Shown: positions 51,441-64,000 of the stretch, piece after piece | Layout: each line of letters opens with the position of its first letter | How positions within the stretch are numbered: the stretch's first letter is position 1 | Assembly: GCF_963921235.1 (NCBI RefSeq) | Contig: NC_086109.1 | Location: 36,954,001 to 37,018,000, forward strand | DNA length: 64,000 bases | Origin: Mobula hypostoma | Taxonomy: Eukaryota | Direction: 5' to 3' | The notes under the pieces: model-generated | The model's input: only the letters and a program-made list of their open reading frames with translations | Database searches by the model: none | Told to the model about the DNA's origin: nothing | Translations under genes and position numbers: made by a program

Positions 51441-52433
51441 TAAGTTTAGGTGATTAGATTTTTGAAGGTGGTAGTTGTTTTACACTTCTGTGGAGCAAAT
51501 GTTGCTTGCATTTTCCACTCCAAACCAAAATGGTGGCTTATGGTAATGGGCACCTCATGAGCAGAAGAACTGCAAGTGGTAAACAGCATTGTCTAATCAT
51601 AGAAACATAGAAACATAGAAAATAGGTGCAGGAGTAGGCCATTTGGCCCTTCGAGCCTGCACCGTCATTTATTATGATCATGGCTGATCATCCATCTCAG
51701 AACAATCAGTAAACATCTCCATTTCTCAACACATGATCAAAGGACAGCCATTGATGAAGGAACTAAAAGCAGCGGGGCATAAAATTCTTCCTTTGAAGAT
51801 CTACAAGGATGTACAATGATGCCTGGATCTGATTGATATCCAACAACCACAAGCATCTTCCTTTTTTACAATATATGTTTCAATTTATTGGAGAATTTTC
51901 ACTACTGGCATCAAATTTTGCAAGGTTCCTTAAATCAATCATATGCCATCTTTTGTCATCTCAAAGTCAGTTCTTGGGTCAATATTTGAGCTAAGACTGC
52001 ATGTCTGGAACTGACTAGTTCTGACCAAACTCAAAGAAGAGATTGGTGGGTAGGGCTATAGATAATTGACATTTCCATAAGTTGCTGATGTGCTATGCTC
52101 TGGCCACCTCTACCAATGTTTTCATATACAGCTGTATCTACCACCAGTAAATTGGTGAGGACAAGGATAAGTGAAAAAAAGATCTAGTGCTTTCCAGGTA
52201 TGTATGATGAATAAACTCTCCCTGGGCTTCCGGCCGGGTACAGGTATTGATTTTTATCAATGTTTCAAAGACAAACCCTACCATCTTCATCAGGGATAAT
52301 GCCTGGGCATGTCTAGTCTGGCGGTAGCAAAACATTGCATTCGCCATCGCCATAGGATTGACTTTGATGGATCAAAACTGCTGTGCCACACCAATGGCTT
52401 TTGGGTTCGCCTGGTGAAGGAAACCATTGAAAT

Positions 52434-52902
52434 CCCATCGTCGTCATCACGGCTATCAGTCGAGGTCGAGGATGATGGTTTTCATTCCGTTGATCTATTT
52501 ATGGACTCTCAAGTGGTTTATGAGTCCAATCCTGAATGGCCCACAGAGTGAAGACGCCTGTGCGTGTATTTGTTTAACGTGTACTTGATGTTGCACTCCA
52601 AGAAGCACACAATACTTCACAAATCAACCAACTGATTCCAATGGCATGGAAACCACGATGACTGGAGCTGATGGATTTGTTGCAGCCTTCATCCGTCTTC
52701 ACAGCCATTGAATTTGAAGTAACTTCGTCCGCCTGTACCACCGTTGAGGTCTTGGTTGAATTGTTCTTTGTCAGGGATCTCACCCTCGACCTTACCGCCA
52801 TGGGTGACCCTACCAGGAGCATATCTCCAGACGGCATCGCTCTCGGGATCACAGGACCACACAAGCTTCTCCACCGCGAGAAGGTGACAATCCATGGAGA
52901 AG
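52434..52902 (-). mobile_element. Non-autonomous bipartite RTE element, copy 2
   Basis: Perfect 11-bp TSD ACCATTGAAAT (52423-52433, 52903-52913). Collinear with 27376-27797. Confidence 0.85.
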
Positions 52903-53159
52903 ACCATTGAAATAAAACTAGAGGAAAAGAATTTGATTGCGAATTTGATTGTTTACAATCAAATTCCAGTTCTTACTTACAGCAAGACCTTTGTCTTTGT
53001 TAAAATTCTTTTACCATTAAAGTAAAACTGGAGGAAAAGAATCTTAACAAAAGCAAAGGACTTGCTGTAAGTAAGAATTGGAATTTGATTGTAAACAATC
53101 AAATTCACAATCAAATTCTTTTCCCCCAGTTTTATATCAATGGTCTTCTCCGTGGATTG
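52888..53159. repeat. 272-bp fold-back inverted repeat (125-bp arms, 22-nt spacer)
   Basis: 52888-53012 is the reverse complement of 53035-53159 with few mismatches. Confidence 0.85.
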
Positions 53160-55160
53160 GTTACAAGTGAACCATGGGTGACAAGTGAGATTAAAAATCT
53201 AGTCAGGTGGAAGAAAGCAGCATACATGAGGTTTAGGAAGCAAGAATCAGATGGGTCTATTGAGGAAAATAGGGAAGCAAGAAAGGAGCTTAAGAAGGGG
53301 CTGAGAAGAGCAAGAAGGGGGCATGAGAAGGCCTTAGCGAGTAGGGCAAAGGAAAACCCCAAGGCATTCTTCAATTATGTGAAGAAAAAAAGGATGACAG
53401 GAGTGAAGGTAGGACCGATTTGAGATAAAGGTGGAAAGATGTGCCTGTAGAAGTGAGCGAGGTCCTCAATGAATACTTCTCTTCGGTATTCACCAATGAG
53501 AGGGAACTTGATGATGGTGAGGACAATATGAGTGAGGTTGATGTTCTGGAGCATGTTGATACTAAGGGAGAGGAGGTGTTGGAGTTGTTAAAATACATTA
53601 GGATAGATAAGTCCCCGGGGCCTGATGGAATATTCCCCAGGCTGCTCCACGAGGCGAGAGAAGAGATTGCTGAGCCTCTCGCTAGGATCTTAATGTCCTC
53701 GTTGTCCACGGGAATGGTACCAGAGGATTGGAGGGAGGCGAAAGTTGTCCCCTTGTTCAAAAATGTAGTAAGGATAGTCTGGGTAATTATAGACCAGTGA
53801 GCCTTACATCTGTGGTGGGAAAGCTGTTGGAAAAGATTCTTAGAGATAGGATCTATAGGCAGTTAGAGAATCATGGTCTGATCAGGGACAGTCAGCATGG
53901 CTTTGTGAAGGGCAAATCATGTCTAACAAGCCTGATAGAGTTCTTTGAGGAGGTGACCAGGCATATAGATAAGGGTAGTGCAGTGGATGTGATCTGTATG
54001 GATTTTAGTAGGCATTTGACAAGGTTCCACACTGTAGGCTTATTCAGAAAGTTAGAAAGCATGGGATCCAGGGAAGTTTGGCCAGGTGGATTCAGAATTG
54101 GCTTGCCTGCAGAAGGCAGAGGGTGGTGGTGGAGGGAGTACATTCAGATTGGAGGATTGTGACTAGTGGTATCCCACAAGGATCTGTTCTGGGACCTCTA
54201 CTTTTCGTGATTTTTATTAACGACCTGTATGTGTGGGTAGAAGGGTGGGTTGGCAAGTTTGCAGACAACACAAAGGTTGGTGGTGTTGTAGATAGTGTAG
54301 AGGATTGTCAAAGATTGCAGAGAGACATTGATAGGATGCAGAAGTGGGCTGAGAAGTGGCAGATGGAGTTCAACCCAGAGAAGTGTGAGGTGGTACACTT
54401 TGGAAGGACAGACTCCAAGGCAGAGTACAAAGTAAATGGTAGGATACTTGGTAGTGTGGAGGAGCAGAGGGATCTCGGGGTACATGTCCACAGATCCCTG
54501 AAAGTTGCCTCACAGGTGGATAGGGTAGTTAAGAAAGCTAATGGGGTGTTAGCTTTCATACGTCGAGGGATAGAGTTTAAGAGTCGCGATGTAATGATGC
54601 AGCTCTATAAAACTCTGGTTAGGCCACACTTGGAGTACTGTGTCCAGTTCTGGTCACCTCACTATCACTATAGGAAGGATGTGAAAGCATTGGAAAGGGT
54701 ACAGAGGAGATTTACCAGGATGCTGCCTAGTTTAGAAAGTATCCATTATGATCAGAGATTAAGGGAGCTAGGGCTTTACTCTTTGGAGAGAAGGAGGATG
54801 AGAGGAGACATGATAGAGGTGTACAAGATAATAAGAGGAATAGATAGAGTGGATAGCCAGCGCCTCTTCTCCAGGGCACCACTACGCAATACAAGAGGAC
54901 ATGGCTTTATGGTAAGGGGTGGGAAGTTCAAGGGGGATATTAGAGGAAGGTTTTTTACTCAGAGAGTGGTTGGTGCGTGGAATGCACTGCCTGAGTCGGT
55001 GGTGGAGGCAGATACACTAGTGAAGTTTAAGAGACTACTAGACAGGTATATGGAGGAATTTAAGGTGGGGGCTTATATGGGCGGCAGGGTTTGAGGGTCG
55101 GCACAACATTGTGGGCCGAAGGGCCTGTACTCTGCTGTACTGTTCTATGTTCTATGTTCT
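53160..55160 (+). mobile_element. CR1 (HER1-like) LINE, 2 kb, 5'-truncated, relatively young; ORF2 pseudogene
   Basis: A 338-aa open RT C-terminus at 54078-55094, but with catalytic FADD changed to FADN and upstream frameshifts. (TGTTCTA)n tail. Confidence 0.93.
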
Positions 55161-55799
55161 AAACAAGGTGGCACTGCGGAAACCTGATTGGATGAGGACT
55201 AACCAATCAGAATGGATGGATGACAGGGGTACAAATACCACCAGACTAGACATGCTCAGGCATCATCTCTGACGAAGATGACAGAGTTAGTTATTGAAAT
55301 GCTGGTTAAAATCGATACTTGTCTGGAAGCCTGAGAAGGGTTTAAGGATAAGTGGGTTTATTCTGCCAGTTGAAGATCTAATCTGTCCTTCAAGGCTACA
55401 ACAGCTCAGTTACTGGCTGTGCTACCAAACCAGTTTTAGTGACGGATATTGAACGTATCCTGTTGCCTGGGTATTTTCAGTTCTTCTCCCAAGTGCGGTC
55501 TTACATTAAGAAGTACTGAGTCATCAGCTGAAGGACAATTGTAGCTGGTAGTCAGGAGGAGGTTTCCTTGCCACGTTTAACATCATGTCATGAGAATTCG
55601 AGGGCAGTGAAGTCAATGCTGAAAGCTCCCAGAGCTGCTACCTGCTCACTCCCACCTCTACACCATTGTGCTGCCTCTTTTAGTCAGTCCATCCAGCTTA
55701 TCCTTCAGAATATACCCAGAAATATGCACGTAGACCATAAAGCACGATGCTCTGAGGAGCAATGTTTCAGGTGGCTGTTTGCCCAGCTTATCTGACTAA

Positions 55800-56320
55800 T
55801 TCAGAATCAAAATTTCAGAATAAGGTTTATCACCAATGAGTTAAAAGATGTGAAGTTTTGGGGCGGCAGTACAGTGTGAAGACATAAACTTACTATAAAT
55901 TATAAAACAAATAAGCAGTCCAAAAAAAGGAACTGTTTGCATGATTATGCATTGTTCAAAAATCTGATGATGGAAGGGTAAAAGCTGTTCCTAAATCATT
56001 GAATGGGGGTCTTCAGGCTTCTGTACACCCTCTGTGGTAAAAATGAGAAAAGGTATGTCCTGGATGGCGAGGTTCCTTGTGATGGATGCCACATTCTTGA
56101 AGCACTGTCTTTGGAAGATGTCCTCGATGGTGGGGAGGTTTGTGTCTGTAGTGGAGCTGGCTGAGTCCAGAACTGTCTGCAGCCTCTTGGGATCTTGTGT
56201 ACTGGAGCCTTCACACCAGCCTATGAGGCAACCTGTCAGAATGCTTCCTACACTACATCTGTAGAAATTGCAAGTGTTTGGTGACATATCAAATTTCCTC
56301 AAACTCCTAACAAAGTAAAA
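55800..56320 (-). mobile_element. Rex1/Babar-type 3' fragment
   Basis: RSLRKFDMSPNT.NFYRCSVGSILTGCLIGW. Confidence 0.8.
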
Positions 56321-57539
56321 TGGTGCTGGAGAGGTGTAACTGTGTGGAGATCCCAGGAGAATCGTCAAATACTCACATTTGGAACTACCAGAGCAGAAAT
56401 CTGAGGCCACAGAGGCTGCAGTACGTAATATTGTATCAAGCTATTTAATTTGTCTTTGTTATACATGCTCTAGTTGTTTTGTAAGGAGAAATTTACATAG
56501 TCACCAAGCTCATTGAATTCAATGCCCACATTGATTTGGTCCAACAATTCACTGATTCATTTTCTTTATCAACATTTTCTTTATTAGACAATTAAGTGTC
56601 TTGTTTGGTCAAATTAGAGGATACTTAAGACTCAACCACTTTGATAGGGCTAGAGTCACATAGAAAGCAAACTGGATAAGTAGGCTGATATCATTCCCTG
56701 GGGTGCGTCAGTGAATAATTTATTATCTATTTTAATCTTGAACTAATAGTTTCACACTTCACTGAACAGCAAAAAGAAAGCTGAAATTCAATTACTAACA
56801 ATTTTGTTCAGGTGAGCTCTCAATTATTTTCCTTCACTACACTTCCTTTATCCCATTATTATTCTTGACCATGGAGTGGTTGCTTAGCAGCAAGAAATTA
56901 AAGCAGAAAACCATTCCAATTAATGTCCTCCAAACTGAAATGTTGCTTCCGTTTTACTCCTCCACAGATGTAGCCTGACCTGTTGAGTATTTGTAACATA
57001 TTCTGTTCTGATTTTAGTTTTCCAACGTCAGCATCTTGATTTGCACAAGCAACCCACTGTATGACCCAATGTTCACAGCACACGTTGAGACTGGATCATT
57101 GAGAAAGTTGTACACCTTGCTGTATCTGTTGGGACTGTGGGTGTGGTACCTTATGTTTGCTAACTTAGTGCTCTTCACCAAAGGAGAAATTGATAAAAGT
57201 AACTTCTATTGATCAGTAGATGTTGTCCCTGATTCTACGTGCTGCAGTAAGTTGCGAGTCTCCAGACCAAACCCAAAAAGCATGACAGGGATAGCAATTA
57301 ACATCCTCTGATCCTGTTCTGTGGCTGTACCATTCGGTAGAACTTAATGAGAACTGCCTCTAACATACAAATTATGCTTTCCTGACATAAAAACAGAAAA
57401 TGCTTGAACTATTCAGCTGGGCAAACCAAACCTGTGGAAAGGGAAACTGGGTCAAGGTTTCAGGTCAGAGAACTTACATCAGAATTGAAAAGGAGAGAGA
57501 AGCAGCTTATGAATCTGCAGGGAAAGTCCCCCATTTTAA

Positions 57540-58030
57540 TTTCAAGTTTAATTGTTATTAAACCATACATGACTACCTATGAATACAGCCAGACAAAGGA
57601 GCTTTATTCCAGGGCCAAGATGCAAAACACAGTACCAACAGTAATTCACAGCATAAGGCCCACATAGCACATATAAGACAGCGGTAAAATATAGTCACCC
57701 AACAAAACATTGTCCAAGTCCCTGACTCCATGGATGCTGCAGCAGTCTGCAATCGAAGAGAATACATCTTGCTTTCTGCTGAGTGAACACTGGAGGGCAG
57801 CAATGACTCCAGCTTGGGCATTGTGCCACACCACCTCCAGCACTCTGGTGGAGTGCCACGACTCTGATGCCTCTCTCACTATGACCGAGGTCACGCAGCT
57901 CCACCACCATCCACCAATAAATCAGCGAATTGGAATTGCAAGCATCCCACATTACCAATGCCCAGCAAAGTTCTGCGAACATAAGAACAGCGACTAAGAC
58001 AATCACTTGTTGTTAGACCTCACACCTGCT
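57540..58030 (-). mobile_element. Probable non-autonomous LINE-tailed repeat
   Basis: Minus-strand 3' end 'ataacaattaaacttgaa' and a GC-richer non-coding body. Confidence 0.4.
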
Positions 58031-59734
58031 ACGATCAATCTGGGGTGACCACATGGACAATCTGTAAACAATGTTATTTGGTCAATAAGTGAATGGCAGC
58101 AGTTAGCAGGTGAGAACATAGACAAAAGAGCAGAAAGATATGACCAGCAGCACAGGGTCTGGTCTTCATTTATAAGGTGAAGTTTATTTAAACTATTAAC
58201 ATTGATTCAGTGCAATCATTAACATCTACAGGTGTGGCTTCTAAATTCTATACCATGACCCGCTTCATTTAAATCAGGTCATTTTTACCTTACATATTAG
58301 ATTATTGTCCCAGTATTAAATTGTTTCTTTTTTCCACCTGCAATATGCAGTCAAGGACAATATTATCTATTCTAATCTGGGTAACAATCCATTTTTTATA
58401 ATGTTAGCATTTGGTGTTTGCGTCTGATCTTCATGTCTGGTTAGATGGTGTTTCAGGCGGATTAAGATCAGTCCTTTGTAAATAACAATTTCATCTCCGG
58501 CTTACACTTTGTGGATAAATTCATGCAATTCAGTACCTTTCTTGGATTTATTTTATATATTGTTAGAATAGTCATGGATGACTTTAGTTATTATTTTGTA
58601 ATAATATCTAATCATTTTCCTGAGTGACAGGTCAATCCTTCTCATGCACTTCCGTATGACTCCTTGTCCAAACTAATTAATGTTTGCTTAAAATAACTCT
58701 TTAGTGTAACAAATTATAGCAAGTCAGTTGGGTAAAATAAGAAATGGAATGTAAAGTGACCACTTATATGTATTGAAAGCATACTTTTCAAAAACTAAAA
58801 CTCTCTCCTTACCACTTAAGTACTTAATGTATATTTCTATGCAAATAGCCCCTCACCCGGAAAGCAGTCATCATAACCACAATATTTACCCTATACCTTG
58901 CCAATACCCACCATCCCTATCAAGGAGAAGATACTTCCAGCTAAAAATATAGTTTAAAACACAGTTCATTATTTTTTTAGTGATATGCATTTAAATCCAA
59001 ACAACATTCTTAAAACATATTTTAAATTCACAGCAGATTTTTATCTTATAAAAGATGTCCAAATTACAAACCATTCTAAAACACAAAGGATTTACAAAAC
59101 ACAGGAGTTTTTCCTCTACGCTAAATAAACATACCCGCAAGTTGCAGATGAAGCAGTCGTTTGGTGCAGAAATCAAAGACAGAGGAATGGACTCTTGTTC
59201 ACCCCATATTTCTTTTATGCTTCTTGATGCTTCTTATCCCATTTTTAATAGCCTGAACTGCTCCCTTCATTGATACAGTTTCTTTGTGCTTGGGTGACTT
59301 CACATGTGATATTCTTTCAGATACCTTTTAACCTTAATGGTCTAAAAGTTTTTTGAGACACAGAGCCCAGCTACCCACAAGTAATGCTGTGAAGCTAACT
59401 TTTTTGATGACATAAAACTTCTGATTTAATAATATATCAGTTATTTATATGCTAAGTGATTGTGTGCATTTAGTCTGCAATCTTCCTTTGAAGTAAGCAA
59501 CTTAGCCAGTATTCTCTGTTTTGAAACAAGTCAAATTAATTAATCTATTGTCTTATACTGCACCTCTTCAGCAATAATACAAGTGTTGTGGGTTAGCAGT
59601 CTGCTCCATAGACAGAGCCTGTTTGCAAAGCTGTGTTTTAACTGCAAGCTGATTACTGCTTTCCATTTACATTTTAAGAACTGAAGGCTAGCTCCCATTT
59701 ACAACCAGAAGCTGAACAATGAATATTATTTTCT

Positions 59735-59870
59735 TAATTGGATATGGCATCAAAGGTTATGGGGAGAAGTCCGGGAACTGGGGTTGAGGAGGGGATAGGA
59801 AAAATGATCAGCCATGATTGAGTGGTGGAGCCAGATGGCATAATTCTGATCCTATGTCTTATGGTCTTAT
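59735..59870 (+). mobile_element. CR1 3' tail fragment
   Basis: 'catcaaaggttatggggagaag...gatcagccatgattga...tcttatggtcttat'. An opposite-strand CR1 tail lies at 60175-60410. Confidence 0.7.
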
Positions 59871-62053
59871 TATTTGGAAGTTTAACTTATGACTGTTTGT
59901 TCTTTGTAAGTGACAGCTACTGTGCTTAGTGAGCTAAGCTTGACAAAAACAAGGGCCACCCCCTAGTTCAGGAAGCAAATATCCTTCACAACACCTGGCA
60001 TTGGATTTGAATGGCAATTCTTGGTCTGAAACAAAGTGGGGAAATCTAAGTTATTTATTTTATTTATTTATAGTTTGATGTGTTTTAATATGTTTTCACT
60101 TCGATAGAAATTAAATTTTCTTGATTATTTGAAACAATTGCAATAAACTGTGAATGCCCCTGATAAAAATATATTAAAAGACATAGAAGTTATACAGTAC
60201 AGAAACAGGTCATCTATGCTGACCAATATGCCCATCTATACTAACTCTATTTAACTACAGCTGGCCCATAACCCTCTAAAGATTTCCCATCATGTACCTG
60301 TTCAAATGTCTTTTAAAAGTTTTTATTGTACCTGCTGATTCCATTTCATCCTGTGTCTTACTCCATATACATTTCACCGTCTGCATGAAGAAGTTGCCCT
60401 CAGGTCCCCTTATTTAAAGCTTGTTAAACAGCTTCATAGTTTCGGCACTAAGCAAAATACACCTCCCAGCTTTGCACCCTGCCAACATCTGCTGCTTTAT
60501 TGCCTTAAGACTTTGCCACCTGTTGACTAGTTACTGCTGAGACCTGGCTACTCATAGCTGGATGATCCTGAGGCTCAGCGCTACATATAGCTGGATAAGT
60601 GCAGGAAGGTGAGGACTGCAGGAATGTTCCAGCAGTAACTGCTCTGAATTAGGAGAGAACCATATTAACTGAAAGTATGAAATAGATGCAAATGTTTAAA
60701 CGATTGGGAAAGATGGACTCTTGAACTCACATTCTAATTCATTAAGATCTTGCACTTTCTTTGTAGCTGCTACACTTTATTCCGCATTATATTAATGTTT
60801 TACATTGTTCTGACCTCAATGTTCGGTGTAATGATTAGATCTGTATGAAAAGTATGCAAGGCAGGTTTTTCACTATTTTGGTACATGCGCTAATAATAAA
60901 ACAATTCCAATTCCAGGACAAAACTGCAGATGTATGGAAAGTTTAACTGTAGGGAAAATAATAAATCTCTTACATTTTAAAACAACCAAAAATTGCTTTA
61001 TTAGTTTGTATAGACACCAATAGGGTAGTATCTTGAAAATTACTGTGTTCTTAAAATACATAAAATATCTGCCTACAATGTGCCCACAGCACAATGTATT
61101 AATTTTTTAACCAATAATCTGTTAAAATATGTCAGATGGCAATAATGAATATATTACCATATGCATAAGGTTATTAAATATAACATAACTTCAATTATAC
61201 TTTCAAAATGCTGTTTAAAAAGATACAGATCGTGATCATAGTGAGGATAGATATCTCTGCAGAGATGTAAATTATAAGTCATTCATAAATGTTAACATTC
61301 AATTAGAGGGTAATGTCAGTGATCTAAGTGCTTATTATAATTTATGCATTGCTTCATTATAAAATTTTTCCTTTTCTTTATTTTGTCACAATTAAAGAAT
61401 GATGAATTTCAGGTTTAACAGTTTAACTACAAAATCTCAGCTTATCATCGATTTTGAATGGTGCCAAAAATAAAGCATATCCAAATTCATTCTATTCAGC
61501 AGAGGAAAAATAGCTATTTTGAATGTAGTTATAAAATTCTCAAAAAAATGCAGTTAATGTTTTAAGTGCAAATATATTCATTAATTAAGTAAATTTGATA
61601 AATTTCATTTTTGGAAGGTGTTTTTTCTAAATTTTTGGCATGCTAAATAAGGGTAAGATTGAGGAAGGGCATTCAAACAAACAAACCTGACAACAAAATT
61701 ATAACATTTTAAAAACGAGTGGAACACACTTGACATCTCACCACTTCCCAAGGTCATCCTGATACAATTTTCAAAGGCTAGCCTTAATAGTTGAGTGGCA
61801 CATATACCAATTCCAGCACTAGTTATTTAAAAATGCAGGCTGATGTCATGTCATTTGTACGACCTTGCTGCATGTTTGTTGCATTTTCTATTGACTCACT
61901 TGGATATGGGTTCAATTTGATAACTAGGTGAGATTAATTCAGAACACTTTTGGTTCATGTGTTAATTGTTCTTTCCTAGTATTTAAACATTGCTGGTCAA
62001 TGCAGAAGAAAAGTAAGACAAATTTAGTCATTAGAATGGCTAAACAACATATA

Positions 62054-62340
62054 GAGAACTGTGCAAAAGTCTTAGACACATATATATACCTGGAGTGCCT
62101 AAGGTTTTTGCCCAGTACTGTAGAAATGTTATGTATTGTGCTCTACTGTTGCCACACAGAAAAAAAATCATGATATGTCATGTGAGTGAGGGAAAACCTG
62201 ATTCCGATATGTGTCTCCATTGTGGACTGAGAGTGGGAAGGGGACAGGGAGAGGAAAATCATAGTTGTGAAAAGGGGAATGGAGTGGGAAACAGTAAAGA
62301 AACATTCTGTACTGATCAATAAACTAATTGCTTGGAATAA
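62054..62340 (+). mobile_element. Tc1-like MITE (62054-62120, TA-flanked) plus the same composite sequence as 7770-7975
   Basis: ACTGTGCAAAAGTCTTAGACAC / GTGCCTAAGGTTTTTGCCCAGTACTG with TA on both sides. Confidence 0.6.
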
Positions 62341-63499
62341 ATTACAGAGAGGAGGTTGTCAAACAGTGTGAGAACAACAGCCTGGATCTCAATGGCCGGC
62401 AGTAGATGTTTCAGGCCCAGATCCTTCGTCAGAATCAGCAGTCCTAATGAAGAGTCTCAGCCCGAACTATTGACTCTTTATTCCTCCTTATAGATGCTGC
62501 CTGACCTGCTGAGTTCCTCCAGCATCTTGTGTGTGTTATTTTGGATTTCCAGTAGCTGCCGAATATCTTGTGTTTGTACTGCAAAAAATAGTACTGGTGA
62601 TTCCAATTCAATAGTGACAATTACATGTCGATATTGCCAATTTGATATCAATACTCTGCAATTGTATGTTGGTCTAAAGGTATTCATTCATGCACTTCTT
62701 TCATCAGTAATGAAAGCTATTTTCTCTCAGATTATGTGGTTAAACTGATTAAAAAATTACAGATGCTGAGTAATCCTGTGATCAAATACACTGTAATTGA
62801 AAATGATACAGTACATGAAATATCATACATAATGAAAACACCCCATCTATGAAACATTACTCTTGGAAAAAAATAAGGAAAGCTCATTAAATGCAATCAA
62901 GCAGACCAGTGAAATAACAGAGTTTTTGTAGTGTGGATTCATTGGGCATTCAAATGCCCCAGGGTACAGGCAGCACATCCATCAGTTTCATTAGATTTTC
63001 ATTGTCATTCTTGAAAGCCTCAAGTTTAAGCAATTTTTGAGAGTTGTGACAAGGCCGTAAAATATTAATCTTTGCTCCAGTACACTTCCCTATACAAATA
63101 CAGTAGTCAAATACAGTTTGCTTGGATGTACTTTTTATTTTCTGGCAAAGTAATTTCAATTACTGGGTCAGAACAATACACCAGATATATGCTCTTTAAA
63201 GGTGAAGTAAGCACTGGACTTTATTTTTGCTTTCACAATTCAGTTAAAACAAATTGGTATTAGATAACATTAATAGGAGTGATTGTCTCTGGATACTTTA
63301 GGTGTTAAATAGCCCTTGACGGTGGCAGGGTAGTTGCTCCAACTGCATGTGGAATAATGGTAGAGGAGTTGAAGCCCAAACCGTACAAGGCACATTAGAT
63401 GGTTATTAATGGGCATATACTAGATAAATTGCCCCAATTTAGCATTCACCAATGAAGCTGTTAGTATGTCACTTGATTAATCTCTTGACAAAGATTAAT

Positions 63500-64000
63500 T
63501 GTAGCTAAAAGTGACGGAGCTTGGACTTCTTAATGGAAAAATCTCAGTCAGTCTGAGGTGGCAGCAACATCTCAAGATCAATCACACTGAGTACTGGTGC
63601 CTCCCCTCACCCCACCATCGGCAGAACTGTGCGGTCAGCCTGCTGCTGACTCACAACTGCATTGTTAGATTCAGCTCAAATTGCATCATCATGTTTGCTG
63701 ATGATACAACAGTGATTGGCCTCATCAGCAACAATGATGAGTCAGCATACAGGGAGATGGTCGAAACGCTTTTCAAATAGTGTGAGAAAAACTTGGACAG
63801 GACAAAAGAGATTATTGCGGACTTCAGGAATGCACAGGTTGACTACTATCCATTGCACATCAATGACTCTGCCGTGGAGAGAGCGAAGAGCACAGAATTC
63901 CTTGGTGTGCACGTAATGGATGATCTAACACTTCCTCACTAGTCAGGAAGGCACAGATCTAGACTTTCGGAGAAGACAGAGGTGTGAAAGACTCCCCATC
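63500..64000 (+). mobile_element. Degenerate Rex1/Babar-type RT fragment
   Basis: LLTHNC..FSSNCIIMFADDTTVIGLISNNDESAYR. Confidence 0.8.

Larger units (their letters stand above)
52181..55345 (+). mobile_element. Penelope-like element (GIY-YIG C-terminus) with inverted hammerhead-containing terminal repeats, disrupted by two insertions
   Basis: AVAKHCIRHRHRIDFDGSKLLCHTNGFWVRLVKETIEI continues as KLEEKN after the first insertion. Segment 52181-52321 is an inverted copy of 55240-55345. CTGA(T/C)GA...GAAA cores at 52263-52293 (-) and 55269-55299 (+). Confidence 0.8.

Noticed and set aside
54078..55094. 338-aa RT ORF as an active or domesticated gene
   Set aside because: It is a 5'-truncated CR1 with upstream frameshifts and FADD mutated to FADN.
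58895..58940. Minus-strand peptide GSIFSLIGMVGIGK resembling a P-loop
   Set aside because: Very short, with a weak donor (GTATAG) and no supporting neighbouring exons.
62950..63090. Possible minus-strand terminal exon (KCTGAKINILRPC...VPWGI*)
   Set aside because: The acceptor is plausible, but the peptide is unrecognised and there is no other support.

Overview
This is eukaryotic, repeat-rich, AT-rich vertebrate genomic DNA, most likely from a cartilaginous fish. A ray or skate is inferred from HE1-like V-SINEs, CR1/HER1-type LINE tails and the abundance of Penelope-derived hammerhead repeats. No intact host protein-coding gene could be identified, so the window looks intronic or intergenic. 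Nearly all long ORFs in the track are broken reverse-transcriptase fragments or their antisense frames. Contents: many CR1 LINE fragments; Rex1/Babar-type and RTE LINE fragments; one decayed, internally deleted Ty3/Gypsy (sushi-like) element; three solo LTRs with target-site duplications (TSDs); a Penelope element with inverted hammerhead-bearing terminal repeats; many short Penelope-derived hammerhead repeats; V-SINEs; Tc1-like and hAT-like MITEs; and several non-autonomous LINE-derived elements. The most interesting observations are: (i) a ~420-470 bp RTE-derived element present twice with exactly the same 5' end and a structured 5' RNA, a candidate self-processing motif; (ii) a 272-bp fold-back at a triple-nested Penelope/RTE/CR1 junction; (iii) a palindromic hammerhead mini-element with a 13-bp TSD; (iv) a ~690 bp element with a YY1-motif head and a 3' stem-loop; (v) a shared ~120 bp deletion defining an amplified Rex1 subfamily. 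A few candidate host exons are listed at low confidence. Boundaries of degenerate repeats are approximate.
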